Shown: one piece after another, positions 1-10,323 of the stretch
Layout of the letters: every line of letters begins with the position of its first letter
Position numbering within the stretch: the stretch's first letter is position 1
NCBI GenBank assembly: GCA_037144045.1
Contig: JBAWXN010000002.1
Location: 54,734 to 118,733, forward strand
Direction of reading: 5' to 3'
DNA length: 64,000 bases
Source: a bacterium
Lineage (GTDB): Bacteria; Patescibacteriota; Minisyncoccia; Phycocordibacterales; UBA1006
The notes under the pieces: generated by a model
Database searches by the model: none
What the model was told of the DNA's origin: nothing
What the model saw: the letters and a program-made list of their open reading frames with translations, nothing else
Made by a program: the position numbers and the translations under genes

Positions 1-441
1 GTTGGCGAAAAACCAACGGTTGCTTTTTTCGAAGGCCGTGAAGCCGTCGAGCAAGTAATTATGGAAATGCTGTACTGCAAGAAAAAACAGGTTGATTCCA
101 TTGTTCCGAAAGAAAACTTCTTCTGGCAAGTAGGTCGCGATTTTGTAAGTAAATTTGTAAATGAACGTCGACGACGAGGTATTCACACGAAAAACATTTG
201 GCAAGTGGAAGTCGAACCTGAACTTATCCATAAATACTACCCAAGCCCGTCTGAGGTTCGGATTGCCCCTGATTCGATGAAAAAGTTTGATAGCACCGTG
301 TTCCTCTATGATGATAAAACACTCTATGTATCGTCAAAGAAAAATGGCTATGCCATCCTTATGACATCCCAGGAACATCACGATACCATGCGCGCTTGGT
401 TCAATGCTATTTGGGCATCAGCACGTGCACACCAAAAATAA
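1..441 (+). CDS. TrmB-family transcriptional regulator, C-terminal effector domain (5'-truncated by window edge)
   Basis: Frame is open from the window start (PTVAFFEGREAVEQV...). It ends with LYDDKTLYVS...FNAIW, like the other TrmB-like ORFs here. Confidence 0.75.
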   Translation, partial: VGEKPTVAFFEGREAVEQVIMEMLYCKKKQVDSIVPKENFFWQVGRDFVSKFVNERRRRGIHTKNIWQVEVEPELIHKYYPSPSEVRIAPDSMKKFDSTVFLYDDKTLYVSSKKNGYAILMTSQEHHDTMRAWFNAIWASARAHQK

Positions 442-461
442 TGCGTGCTATACTTATTTGT

Positions 462-1019
462 ATGAAACACTTTAACCTACAACGCACTATTATCGGTTCC
501 TTGCTCACATTTACCATTCTGGTTAGTCCCGTGTTCGCTGCAGCAGCCGTTGATCAAAACCTTGAACTTAAAAAAGAATTTGCGAAAGATGTTCCAACGA
601 GTTATTCAGACGCTATTAAAAATGGGATGAGTGGTAACATTAGCGCAACTGCATCGGTTACCACACCTATAGCACCTGTGGACGCTCAATTTACTTTTTC
701 ACAATCTGATCAAGATCAAGTACGCGTCGTATATATGGGTCACGCATTATTATTTGGGTTCCTCCCAGTACCCATCGAAATAGAAGCAGCAGTTGATGCA
801 TCAGGACAAGTACGCATTGCATTGCCATGGTACCGGTTTGCATTACGATCAGAAGATTCCGCAACGGTTGAAAATAGTATTTCAACAACCATCCAAGCGC
901 AGACGACTCTTCCTTCACCTGACAATACCTTGTCGCAACACGAACAAGACCTCCTTATGAAGATCTTAAAAGACACGCTTCCGCTACACTTTACCCAAGC
1001 AGGACTTATTAATACGTAA
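462..1019 (+). CDS. hypothetical secreted/membrane protein
   Basis: ATG at 462 follows an extended -10 (TGCTATACT); signal-peptide-like N-terminus (…VSPVFAAAA). Confidence 0.6.
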   Translation: MKHFNLQRTIIGSLLTFTILVSPVFAAAAVDQNLELKKEFAKDVPTSYSDAIKNGMSGNISATASVTTPIAPVDAQFTFSQSDQDQVRVVYMGHALLFGFLPVPIEIEAAVDASGQVRIALPWYRFALRSEDSATVENSISTTIQAQTTLPSPDNTLSQHEQDLLMKILKDTLPLHFTQAGLINT

Positions 1020-1033
1020 TACCTATTCTTTAT

Positions 1034-1285
1034 ATGGCAACACCCGGCAGTATGGAATTTAAATTCCCCACCAACGATGCAGGTATGTTCGTTTCTCAAG
1101 AAGAACTTACCAAGCAACAAGACGAGCTCAAAATTCAAGAAATTTCAAAACTCACCAAGGCAGTGCCTCATGTGATCAAAAAAGAAGCTGACGGCGAATG
1201 GACCGTAAGCGGATTCACTATTGAAGACTATCTACGCCTTCATGAAGGTAATGATAATAGTGACATGTGGAAACGTAACAAATAG
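1034..1285 (+). CDS. hypothetical protein
   Basis: 83-aa ORF in line with the upstream gene, followed by a terminator. Confidence 0.55.
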   Translation: MATPGSMEFKFPTNDAGMFVSQEELTKQQDELKIQEISKLTKAVPHVIKKEADGEWTVSGFTIEDYLRLHEGNDNSDMWKRNK

Positions 1286-1290
1286 AGATA

Positions 1291-1325
1291 CTAAAAGGCC
1301 GGTCGCTGCGCGACCGGCCTTTTAG
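1291..1325. terminator. bidirectional intrinsic terminator
   Basis: ctaaaaggccggtcgc-tgc-gcgaccggccttttag, a perfect hairpin between convergent genes. Confidence 0.8.
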
Positions 1326-1338
1326 TTATAACAACTAC

Positions 1339-1971
1339 TTATTCCAATTCCACAATAACATCACTCTGCGCAAATCGCATCTTTGGCATAGCCGCAGCGG
1401 TATCATCTGCAGATCTAAATCCAACCCCTGCAATTACTACCGTGGTTAGGTGTTGTTCTGATAATCCTAGGATTGTATCAAATTGCGCCGGATCAAATCC
1501 CTCCATTGGTGCTGCATCAATTGATTCATGAGCCAATGATGTGAGTAATGTTCCGAGTGCAATATAAGCCTGACGTGCTGCCCATTCAGTTACAGCTGCA
1601 GGCGTCATTCCAGAAACCTTTCCTTTAATCATGTCACCATATCCTTTGAGAACATCTTCTGAAATTCCTTTGACTTCCGCAACGTGTTTAATAAATTGAT
1701 CTACGTACGCACTATCAAGGTTGGTAGGCACTGTAAATACTACGAGTTGTGAAGCGTCAGTAATTTGTGGTTGACCGTATCCAGCGGCGCGCAGTTTTTC
1801 ACGTAGTTCAGTATTACTAATAATAAAAAATTTCCATGGTTGTACCCCGAATGATGATGGTGCCAATCGCAATGATTCTTTTACTAGTTCAAATTGTTCG
1901 TTTGATAATTTTTTACTAGCGTCAAAGTGCTTTGTTGCATAACGCCAGTTAAGAGCTTCGATACTGTTCAT
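1339..1971 (-). CDS. NAD(P)H-dependent nitroreductase (NfsB family)
   Basis: WRYATKHFD, LAPSSFGVQPWKF and PMEGFD motifs. Confidence 0.9.
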   Translation of the reverse strand: MNSIEALNWRYATKHFDASKKLSNEQFELVKESLRLAPSSFGVQPWKFFIISNTELREKLRAAGYGQPQITDASQLVVFTVPTNLDSAYVDQFIKHVAEVKGISEDVLKGYGDMIKGKVSGMTPAAVTEWAARQAYIALGTLLTSLAHESIDAAPMEGFDPAQFDTILGLSEQHLTTVVIAGVGFRSADDTAAAMPKMRFAQSDVIVELE

Positions 1972-2062
1972 AATAGATACTATATTTTATATTAATAGAA
2001 TACGAGTATACACCCGTTACTTTACTTTGTAAAGTAGTTATATATTATGCTACACTCTCACT

Positions 2063-2290
2063 ATGAACCTTATTCGCGTCAAAGCTTTTCCTGATGCTAA
2101 AAAAGAACACGTCGAGGAAGTATCCCCAAACGTGCTCCGTATATTTATCCGTGAATCCGCAGAACGCAACATGGCGAATCACGCTGTAATAAAGGCAACT
2201 GCAAAATTCTACAACATTCCCGAGAAGAGACTTATTATCAAAACCGACCACCGCGCGCAAAACAAAACCCTCTTGATTCTTGGCTCATAA
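2063..2290 (+). CDS. DUF167/YggU family protein
   Basis: IRVKAFPDAKKEHV...AERNMAN...RAQNK pattern; 75 aa. Confidence 0.7.
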   Translation: MNLIRVKAFPDAKKEHVEEVSPNVLRIFIRESAERNMANHAVIKATAKFYNIPEKRLIIKTDHRAQNKTLLILGS

Positions 2291-2332
2291 ATGTCTATAC
2301 TGCCACCATTATCCTTAATTAATACTATTCTT

Positions 2333-2872
2333 ATGAACCTTTGGCACGATATTCCACGAGGAAAAGACATTCCTAACGAATTTAATACCATTATTGAAAT
2401 CCCAAAAGGATCTTTCAATAAATACGAAATCGATAAAGAAACCGGGCTTATCGCTCTCGACCGAGCGAACTATTCTGCGGCCCCTTATCCATTCGATTAT
2501 GGATATGTTCCCCAAACCCTGTGGGGTGATGGTGACCCTCTTGATGTCATTCTCCTTACTACCTATCCATTATTCCCAGGAATCTTGGTAAAGGCGCGAC
2601 CTATCGCAGTTATGGATATGACCGATACTGGTGAATCAGATGCAAAAATTATTGCAGTTCCGGTAGACGATAAACGATTCGATGATGTACATGATCTTGC
2701 CGACTTGAATAAGCACAACCTTAAGGAATTCACCCATTTCTGGGAAACCTATAAAGAACTCAAGAAGGGTGAAAAAGGTACGGTTTCTATTAATGGTATT
2801 TACGACAAGGCAACCGCTATTGCAAATATTAACGAAAGTATTAAGTTATACGACGAAAAATACGGGAAATAA
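2333..2872 (+). CDS. ppa: inorganic pyrophosphatase (family I)
   Basis: IEIPKGSFNKYE, YGYVPQT and DGDPLD motifs. Confidence 0.95.
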   Translation: MNLWHDIPRGKDIPNEFNTIIEIPKGSFNKYEIDKETGLIALDRANYSAAPYPFDYGYVPQTLWGDGDPLDVILLTTYPLFPGILVKARPIAVMDMTDTGESDAKIIAVPVDDKRFDDVHDLADLNKHNLKEFTHFWETYKELKKGEKGTVSINGIYDKATAIANINESIKLYDEKYGK

Positions 2873-2934
2873 CTATTTTCGGTTATCCACAGAGATCCTG
2901 ACAATCAGGGTCTTTTGTGTTATTATAAGAGTAT

Positions 2935-3243
2935 ATGACATTTAAGACCTTTATTGGTGCAACAACCCTTGCTTTAGCCCTTACCGTTCAAGCAGGATTT
3001 GTATACGCAGCAGAACCTGAAACACTCCCTGTTTCAGAAACTGTTACTGTTGCCACCGAACCAACAACCGAAGTAGCTATCACTGCTTCAAGTACTGACC
3101 CGATCGTACTTGCAACAGAAGAACTTGCTTCTCTCAAACTTCGCGAACAAGACCCAGAAACAGGTTCATTCACCAAGTTCCTCCTTCGATTTAAAATCCG
3201 ACAATTGGAAAACCAGTTGAACATTAAAAAAGCACTGAAATAG
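2935..3243 (+). CDS. hypothetical secreted protein
   Basis: Signal peptide followed by a Thr/Glu-rich linker. Confidence 0.55.
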   Translation: MTFKTFIGATTLALALTVQAGFVYAAEPETLPVSETVTVATEPTTEVAITASSTDPIVLATEELASLKLREQDPETGSFTKFLLRFKIRQLENQLNIKKALK

Positions 3244-3278
3244 TGCTTTTTTAATTATTTATGTTACAGTAAAACCCT

Positions 3279-4340
3279 ATGTCACAGCCAACAATCACAA
3301 AACTTGAAAAGTCTCGTGTTGAAATTAAAGCAGTAGTTCCTGCTGCAACATTCGACAGTTATAAGCAAAAAGCCCTTGAATCTATTGGAAAAGTTGCAAA
3401 AATTGATGGATTCCGTCCCGGCCATATTCCAGCGAACGTGGTGGAAAAGCACGTAGGTGATGCTGGCATCCTCGATGAAATGGCGCAAATTGCTATCATG
3501 GACGCTTACCCAACCATTCTTACTGAAAATAAGATCGACGCTATTGGGCGCCCAGAAATTCAAATTACTAAAATTGCCATGGGTAACGATTTGGAATTTA
3601 CTGCGACAACCGCAGTGCTTCCTACTGTTGAACTTGCTGACTACAAAAAAATTGCAAAGGAATCAAATAAGTCAGAAACTGAGGTATCAGTAGACGAAAC
3701 CGAAATAAATGCAGCACTTACTGAATTGCGACAAATGCGCGCGCATAACGAACTCCATGAACTAGGTGTTGAACATCACGATCATGACCATACTAAAATT
3801 TCAGAAGAAAGCCTTCCTGAACTTACTGATGATTTTGTAAAAACACTCGGTAAATTCGAAGGGATCGAAGACTTCAAAACTAAACTTCGTGAAAACCTAT
3901 TGAAAGAAAAACAAGCAAAGGAAGTAGAAAAGAAACGAGTAACCCTTATTGATGGCATCATCGATGGATCAACTATCGATTTACCGGACATACTTGTTGA
4001 TTTCGAACTCGATAAAATGATGCAACAATTCGCTCACGACATTTCTATGATGGGAATGACTATGGATGATTACATGAAGCGCATCGAAAAATCTGAAGCT
4101 GACCTTAAAAAGGACTGGTACGATAACGCAGTAAAACGAGCAAAGATGCAGCTCATTCTCGATGAAATTGCCACTCAAGAAAAACTAGCTCCGACCGATG
4201 AAGAAATTCAAGCAGAAGTTGCAAAGATTATGGATATGTATAAAGACGCAAAAGACATTTCGGAAGACCGAGCTCGCGCGTATGTAATGCAAATCCTCAC
4301 TAACGCAAAAGCGTTTGAATATTTGGAAGGATTGAAGTAA
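3279..4340 (+). CDS. tig: trigger factor (lacks FKBP PPIase domain)
   Basis: GFRPG ribosome-binding motif and C-terminal chaperone domain (LPELTDDFVK); only 353 aa; upstream of clpP. Confidence 0.9.
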   Translation: MSQPTITKLEKSRVEIKAVVPAATFDSYKQKALESIGKVAKIDGFRPGHIPANVVEKHVGDAGILDEMAQIAIMDAYPTILTENKIDAIGRPEIQITKIAMGNDLEFTATTAVLPTVELADYKKIAKESNKSETEVSVDETEINAALTELRQMRAHNELHELGVEHHDHDHTKISEESLPELTDDFVKTLGKFEGIEDFKTKLRENLLKEKQAKEVEKKRVTLIDGIIDGSTIDLPDILVDFELDKMMQQFAHDISMMGMTMDDYMKRIEKSEADLKKDWYDNAVKRAKMQLILDEIATQEKLAPTDEEIQAEVAKIMDMYKDAKDISEDRARAYVMQILTNAKAFEYLEGLK

Positions 4341-4430
4341 TTCCCACCAAATCCCCTAGGGGATTTTTTGGTACTAAAAAACCCGATGCAATTTGCATCG
4401 GGGGCGTCATGAATAAACCAATACACTGTA

Positions 4431-4769
4431 TTACAGTGAAGCTTTCTGCAGCTGTTTAGTGTTTGCCTGCGATCCTATAGCGCGTTGTACATATCCGTAC
4501 TTCGCCTCATCGGATTTTACCATGTCGGCTTTAAACGGCATTTTATGCTCCAGCAGTACCTTTCGTGGTACGCGGGCAGTGATCGTATCGCCACTGTTTG
4601 TTACTACATCACACAGCGGGGTACCGATAGTTCCGGCAGTTATTACATGGTCAGAAACAGTATTATTCTGATGCAGACCAATCACTGTTACCACGTGGTG
4701 CTGAGCACAGCTTTGAAGCATTGCTGCAATAATCATTACCATAAAACCGTTGAAGATTGTTTTTTTCAC
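4431..4769 (-). CDS. hypothetical lipoprotein
   Basis: Lipobox-like LQSC after a hydrophobic stretch. Confidence 0.5.
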   Translation of the reverse strand: MKKTIFNGFMVMIIAAMLQSCAQHHVVTVIGLHQNNTVSDHVITAGTIGTPLCDVVTNSGDTITARVPRKVLLEHKMPFKADMVKSDEAKYGYVQRAIGSQANTKQLQKASL

Positions 4770-4959
4770 GTTATTCGTTTTTAGTTATTGAATTGTTATA
4801 TAAATATATTAGCATAATAATATAGTTTTGTCAAGTATCTATTATGCCTTTAAGTGAACTACGTTACGTGATATACTCCCCTCGGGATACTGATTTCTAC
4901 AACTGACGAACCAACTGACCCCATACTATTACCTCTTATATTCGAACTATTTTACATTT

Positions 4960-5544
4960 ATGTCATACCTCGTACCAACCGTACTCGAAAAAACATCAAT
5001 GGGTGAACGTGCCTATGATATTTATTCACGTTTATTAAAAGAACGTATTATTTTTATTGGTGGCGCGATTGATGCTGAAATTGCAAACCTGATTATTGCG
5101 CAGCTCATCTTCCTTGAAAACGAAGACAATAAAAAAGACATTACCATCTACATCAATTCACCAGGTGGTTCGGTAACTGCTGGAATGGCAATTATCGACA
5201 CGATGCATTTTGTGAAACCTGACGTTTCAACCGTATGTATTGGAATGGCAGCATCAATGGGTGCTATGATCCTTTCTGCAGGAACCAAAGGAAAACGCTT
5301 TATCCTTCCTAATGCGGAAGTGATGATTCACCAACCCCTTGGTGGAACTGAAGGACAAGCATCGGACATTGCTATCGCTGCTGAACATATTTTGAAGACC
5401 AAGAAAACACTCTACGAAATGCTTGCAAAGAACACTGGAAAAACCCTCGCGCAAATTGAAAAAGATGCCGACCGTGATTATTGGATGTCTTCAAGTGAAT
5501 CCGTTAAGTATGGAATTGTTGATAAAACAATTACGAAGCGATAA
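4960..5544 (+). CDS. clpP: ATP-dependent Clp protease proteolytic subunit
   Basis: [26 protein letters not shown] and MIHQP motifs. Confidence 0.97.
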   Translation: MSYLVPTVLEKTSMGERAYDIYSRLLKERIIFIGGAIDAEIANLIIAQLIFLENEDNKKDITIYINSPGGSVTAGMAIIDTMHFVKPDVSTVCIGMAASMGAMILSAGTKGKRFILPNAEVMIHQPLGGTEGQASDIAIAAEHILKTKKTLYEMLAKNTGKTLAQIEKDADRDYWMSSSESVKYGIVDKTITKR

Positions 5545-5572
5545 AAAAACCAGCCGAGGCTGGTTTTTTTAA

Positions 5573-6028
5573 TTAAACGAATTGTTCAGAAGAAACTTCA
5601 AATGGTTTTTTGCTTTTGTTTTTATACCCATTTACAGTTACCTTATTAAAAGTTATTCGTGGTCCAATTTTAAAAACAACACCAACTTCTCTCAAAGACT
5701 CTGGTATTTGCTCTAGAAAATAGTACCTACTCGTCATTTCTTGTTCTCCAATGCCGTAATCGGTGTACCCCCACGGCACTAATGCAACCTTTTCACCTTC
5801 AAGGTATTTAATTACAAAAATCTTACCTGCGTCATCTGCAGTGAACCGATCTGGATTCATTCGAGAATAGCTTTCACGAGAGAGATCCATCGCAGTGCCG
5901 ACCAGAACACCATACACACATAAACCAACTAGTGTACCGGCGAATCTACTCGCTCCGTCAGAGGTTGTGCAAAAAAGCCATACTAGGAATCCAACGTAGA
6001 GCAGCGTAATAAAAGCAACTTTTTTCAT
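5573..6028 (-). CDS. hypothetical membrane protein
   Basis: Start MKKVAF at 6028; two TM helices. Confidence 0.55.
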   Translation of the reverse strand: MKKVAFITLLYVGFLVWLFCTTSDGASRFAGTLVGLCVYGVLVGTAMDLSRESYSRMNPDRFTADDAGKIFVIKYLEGEKVALVPWGYTDYGIGEQEMTSRYYFLEQIPESLREVGVVFKIGPRITFNKVTVNGYKNKSKKPFEVSSEQFV

Positions 6029-6107
6029 GACTATGTTTTGCAACCAAGTTACCAAATAGAACTGAAAAAGTAAATAGTTGTTCAAAAATAAAACACTCTT
6101 GGGTGTT

Positions 6108-6569
6108 TTATTTTTGAAGCATTGATTTAACATAATCCACACACGTTTCCAAACTTTCAAAAGTAGGAATTGCATTACGTTCGCAAACAATATCAACATT
6201 ACCCTTCCTCCAAAATCCTTGAGGGCAAATCATGAGACACTTGCCTTCTTTTGCATGTAACCCAAGTTCAAGGAGTGTAACTGGTGATTTAGTATTGGGA
6301 TCAAAGTAGAAAATAATATAATCAGCCATATCCATTCCATTTAATTCCCACTCTACTTGCTTTTTAAATTCTATATTTTCTATTGATTGTATCCATGATG
6401 GATCCCAAGCATCGCGACGAGGATTAAGCAGAGTTACATCAGTATTGCCGAACAATTGCACAACATGGTCTTGCCATTGTTCTGCTACTCCTTCTTCGAT
6501 ACTCCCTGCGAGGAATATTTTAGGCGATGACACCGTAGGAACCAATTCTGGCGCTTTAAACTGAATCAT
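6108..6569 (-). CDS. nucleoside 2-deoxyribosyltransferase-like protein
   Basis: IFLAGSI, NPRR, QVEWE, SPVTLLELG and FWRKGNV motifs; starts immediately after the prs stop. Confidence 0.8.
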   Translation of the reverse strand: MIQFKAPELVPTVSSPKIFLAGSIEEGVAEQWQDHVVQLFGNTDVTLLNPRRDAWDPSWIQSIENIEFKKQVEWELNGMDMADYIIFYFDPNTKSPVTLLELGLHAKEGKCLMICPQGFWRKGNVDIVCERNAIPTFESLETCVDYVKSMLQK

Positions 6570-6570
6570 A

Positions 6571-7557
6571 TTACCAGTTTTCTTGGCGAATTGATTCACC
6601 AAGTTTACTGTTAATAATTACTTGAGCAAGCATAGGCGCAAGTGACACTACTTCAAGTTTTTCAAATTTCTTTTCAGGTGCAATGTAAAGACTGTCAGTT
6701 ACAAACACTTTGGTAAATTTAGAATTCTGAAGAATTTCTGGAGCTTCACCATTAAGCAATGCATGTGATGCTGCCATAATTACTTCCTTTGCGCCATGTT
6801 TTTCAATGAGCGCATTCCCCGCTTTTACAGCAGTACTTCCCGTATCAATCATATCATCATACATAAATACCCGTTTACCCGTTACGTCACCGAAAAATTC
6901 CATGTGTTCAATTTCATTAGGTCCAGATCGATATTTAGAAAATGCTGCATTTCCTGTTCCTACTTTTTTTGCAAATGTACGGCCCTCCTTCACAGCGCCT
7001 TCATCCGGACTACAGATCACCCATTCTTCTGGGTTAAGTGTTTCACCTTGTGATTCTAAATATTTTTTCAAGTAATCCCAGAATAATTTTTTCGTTCCAA
7101 TTTTATCTACGGGCACACTCATAAATCCTTCAATGGCGTTGTTATGCAAATGAACACTGGTTAAGTGACTCATTCCTGCAAGTTCGTACATTTTCCCAAG
7201 CAATGATGCATTAATTGACTCGCGACTGTCCGTGGTTTTGTCTTGGCGTTCATAATAATAATACGGAAGCACTACACTAATGCGTGCTGCACCTGATCTG
7301 CGTAATGCGTCGATATAAAACACGAGTCGTAGTACCTCAGTATCAATTGGGTCTTCCATGGTTGAAATCAGCGCAATGTCTTTACCTCGAACCGAAGTTT
7401 CGATAACGGCTTTTTGTTCTCCGTTTTTAAATGTAACTACCGAGCTTTTAATTTCTTCTACTGATTCGTGTTTTTTACGCAACTCATCGATAATTTTTTT
7501 TGGGAGGTCGTGATCGTTTTGAACACCACACACGTAGATAGTTTCTGGTTTGGTCAT
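6571..7557 (-). CDS. prs: ribose-phosphate pyrophosphokinase (PRPP synthetase)
   Basis: FKNGE, PYYYYERQDK, SPDEGA and YDDMIDTGST motifs. Confidence 0.92.
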   Translation of the reverse strand: MTKPETIYVCGVQNDHDLPKKIIDELRKKHESVEEIKSSVVTFKNGEQKAVIETSVRGKDIALISTMEDPIDTEVLRLVFYIDALRRSGAARISVVLPYYYYERQDKTTDSRESINASLLGKMYELAGMSHLTSVHLHNNAIEGFMSVPVDKIGTKKLFWDYLKKYLESQGETLNPEEWVICSPDEGAVKEGRTFAKKVGTGNAAFSKYRSGPNEIEHMEFFGDVTGKRVFMYDDMIDTGSTAVKAGNALIEKHGAKEVIMAASHALLNGEAPEILQNSKFTKVFVTDSLYIAPEKKFEKLEVVSLAPMLAQVIINSKLGESIRQENW

Positions 7558-7570
7558 AAATAATTAATAA

Positions 7571-8275
7571 TTACTTGGTTAATAAATAGCGGTCATATAA
7601 ATGAAGCATGGCAAGGGTTGTAGCGCAGTAGCAATACTTGGTAATGTCTTCGAAAGGTACTACACGAACAACAATATGTTCATATTCTTCTTCAAGTCCC
7701 ATCTTAAGTCCATGGTACGTATCCAGAACTTCTTGGGTCACTTCTTTTTCAACCAGGAACGGATAGATAGCTTCGTTGAGGATTCCAGGTGATAAATAAA
7801 ACGGTTTATCAAGGAGTGGAATAACATCATTCGGAGTAAGTCCTAATCGAGTTACCGCATGCGCTTCTTCTTCGAGTTCACGAAGGATCACTGATTCAGG
7901 CGACGTCTGATCGTCAATAAGACCCGCAACTGATTCCGAAATAGTATTTCCTACGGGAACGCGTGGCTGATCTAAGAGGAGCGCATATTTTTTACCTGCA
8001 CAAGTGAGCACGGTAAGTGCAGACACTGCATAATCACGAATCACCACAATCATTCCCGGGAGTTTACCCGCTGGATGAATAATATCTGCCTTAAGTTTTA
8101 TAAAGAGGATGCGTCCGCTTGGAACTCGATCAACCGATTGAATTTCGATTGCCTCGATAATCCATTCTGGATCAAAGGCGTCGAGCCAATTGGTGAACAG
8201 TAATTCTTGAGATATCGTTGCCGCTTCGATCCCTGTAATAGGAATCACCCGATTGTTTTTGGTGATGGTGTGCAT
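7571..8275 (-). CDS. Nudix hydrolase, ADP-ribose/ADP-sugar pyrophosphatase-like
   Basis: QPRVPVG, ESVAGLID...RELEEE Nudix box and YLSPG motif. Confidence 0.8.
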   Translation of the reverse strand: MHTITKNNRVIPITGIEAATISQELLFTNWLDAFDPEWIIEAIEIQSVDRVPSGRILFIKLKADIIHPAGKLPGMIVVIRDYAVSALTVLTCAGKKYALLLDQPRVPVGNTISESVAGLIDDQTSPESVILRELEEEAHAVTRLGLTPNDVIPLLDKPFYLSPGILNEAIYPFLVEKEVTQEVLDTYHGLKMGLEEEYEHIVVRVVPFEDITKYCYCATTLAMLHLYDRYLLTK

Positions 8276-8344
8276 ATGTGATAAAGTTAAAATACCTGAT
8301 AATCATAGCATGCTTGACTCGCGTCGTGCTATTTGCTATGGTAA

Positions 8345-8365
8345 TTAGTGTACTAATAACACTAT
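8345..8365. promoter_or_regulatory. putative NrtR operator 1
   Basis: TAGTGT-actaata-ACACTA just downstream of the nadE -10 and in the region divergent from Nudix-prs. Confidence 0.75.
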
Positions 8366-8375
8366 ATCATATCCT

Positions 8376-10319
8376 ATGAAAAATTACAAGTCTCCTTCAA
8401 CCTTTGTTCGTGCTGCAACCATTACCCCTACCCTTACTGTAGGGAACGTTGCCGAAAACACCAAGATCTGCCTTGGCGCTATTAAACAAGCCTACGACGC
8501 CGGTGCACGCATCATCGCTCTGCCTGAACTCGCCCTAACCGGATATACGGCAGCAGACCTGTTTCATACTGACACTCTTAACGCAGCTGTAGAACAAGCG
8601 CTCGTTGATATTGCAGCAGCAACCAAAAAATACGAGGCCACCATCATTATTGGGGCCCCTATCCGAACAGTTCGAGGGATTATCAATGCGGCGGTAGTCT
8701 ACACAGACGGCGAAATTGTAGGGGTAGTGCCTAAAATGCACCTCCCTAACTACAAAGAATTTTATGAGAAACGATGGTTTATTTCTGGATTTGAAACTCC
8801 TGAACCAACTATTTCAATTAATAATGTTGAAGTTCCTTACGGGTCAAACATTTTGTTCACGGATAAAAATAACAAAAAGGTGACTATTGGAATTGAAATT
8901 TGTGAAGACGTATGGATGCCTATACCACCTACTACTGTACACGCACTGAATGGAGCAACTATCTTGATTAACCTTTCGGCGTCAAATGAAATTGTAGGTA
9001 AAGCGGCTTTTCGTAAAGACATGGTAGTAATGCAGTCAGCAAAAACTATCGCCGCGTACATTTACGTGTCATGTGGTGTTCACGAATCTACTACTGATGT
9101 TGTATTTTCTGGACATTCACTCATTGCAGAAAACGGAACACTCATTGCAGAATCACCTCGTTATGCTCGTGAAACCGTAATTACGTACGCCGACATTGAT
9201 ATTGATCACATTGTTACTGATCGCAACCGAACGAATTCATTCGCTGATAATCAAAATGTTGTAGATGTCCCTGCATGGAGCACTATTACGGTTTCTGCAC
9301 CTATTATTAACGGTGTGCCAACCCTTCGTCACGTATCACCTACCCCATTCCTTCCTGCTGACGCAACAAAACGAGCTATCGTTACTGATGATATTTTCAA
9401 TATTCAAGTAGCAGGACTTGCAAAACGACTTCAGAGTATCAATGCTAAAAAAGTAGTCATTGGACTTTCTGGAGGACTTGATTCTACACTTGCCTTCTTG
9501 GTGTGTGTAAAAGTATTTGATTTATTGAAACTTGATCGCAAAGATATTCACGCGATTACCATGCCAGGATTTGGAACAACATCTGGAACTAAAAATAACG
9601 CCTATGATCTAGCAGCTGCAGCTGGTGCAACTCTTGAAGAAATTTCAATTGTTGCAGGAGTGAATCAACACTTCAAAGACATTAAACACGATGACCAAGT
9701 TGAAAACTTTGTGTTTGAAAACAGCCAGGCACGTTATCGAACCATGATCTTGTTTAACAAAGCAAATCAACTAGGTGGTATTGTTGTTGGAACCGGAGAC
9801 CTTTCTGAAATGGCTCTCGGCTGGTGTACCTTCAATGGAGATCATATTTCAAACTACAACGTAAACGGCGGTATTCCAAAAACACTTATTAAATATGTAG
9901 TGCAGCACGTTGCAACAACTGGGGCACCTGATATGCAAAAAGTTCTTACCGACATTTTGGATACCCCTATTTCTCCAGAACTTAAACGAGCTGATAACGA
10001 TAAGATTACTCAGAAAACAGAAGATTTGGTTGGGCCTTACATCCTGCACGACTTCTTCTTGTACCACTTCTTGCGTTGGGGAAGTTCACCGGAAAAAATC
10101 CTTATGCTTGCTGACCTTGCATTCAAGGATTCTGAATTCGACACAGCAACCATTCGTAAATGGTTCAAGGAATTCATGACGCGATTCTTTAAAAATCAAT
10201 GGAAACGTTCAGTTATGGCTGACGGTCCAAAGGTCGGTTCCGTTGCTCTTTCACCTCGTGGTGATTGGCGCATGCCATCTGACGCTGATGTTGCAGAATG
10301 GATAAACAGTGTAGAATAG
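8376..10319 (+). CDS. nadE: glutamine-dependent NAD+ synthetase
   Basis: Nitrilase domain (PEL, KMHLPNY-EFYEKRWF, EICEDVW) plus synthetase domain (GLSGGLDS, ENSQAR, GTGDLSE, SPRGDWRMPSD). Confidence 0.96.
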   Translation: MKNYKSPSTFVRAATITPTLTVGNVAENTKICLGAIKQAYDAGARIIALPELALTGYTAADLFHTDTLNAAVEQALVDIAAATKKYEATIIIGAPIRTVRGIINAAVVYTDGEIVGVVPKMHLPNYKEFYEKRWFISGFETPEPTISINNVEVPYGSNILFTDKNNKKVTIGIEICEDVWMPIPPTTVHALNGATILINLSASNEIVGKAAFRKDMVVMQSAKTIAAYIYVSCGVHESTTDVVFSGHSLIAENGTLIAESPRYARETVITYADIDIDHIVTDRNRTNSFADNQNVVDVPAWSTITVSAPIINGVPTLRHVSPTPFLPADATKRAIVTDDIFNIQVAGLAKRLQSINAKKVVIGLSGGLDSTLAFLVCVKVFDLLKLDRKDIHAITMPGFGTTSGTKNNAYDLAAAAGATLEEISIVAGVNQHFKDIKHDDQVENFVFENSQARYRTMILFNKANQLGGIVVGTGDLSEMALGWCTFNGDHISNYNVNGGIPKTLIKYVVQHVATTGAPDMQKVLTDILDTPISPELKRADNDKITQKTEDLVGPYILHDFFLYHFLRWGSSPEKILMLADLAFKDSEFDTATIRKWFKEFMTRFFKNQWKRSVMADGPKVGSVALSPRGDWRMPSDADVAEWINSVE

Positions 10320-10323
10320 AACT

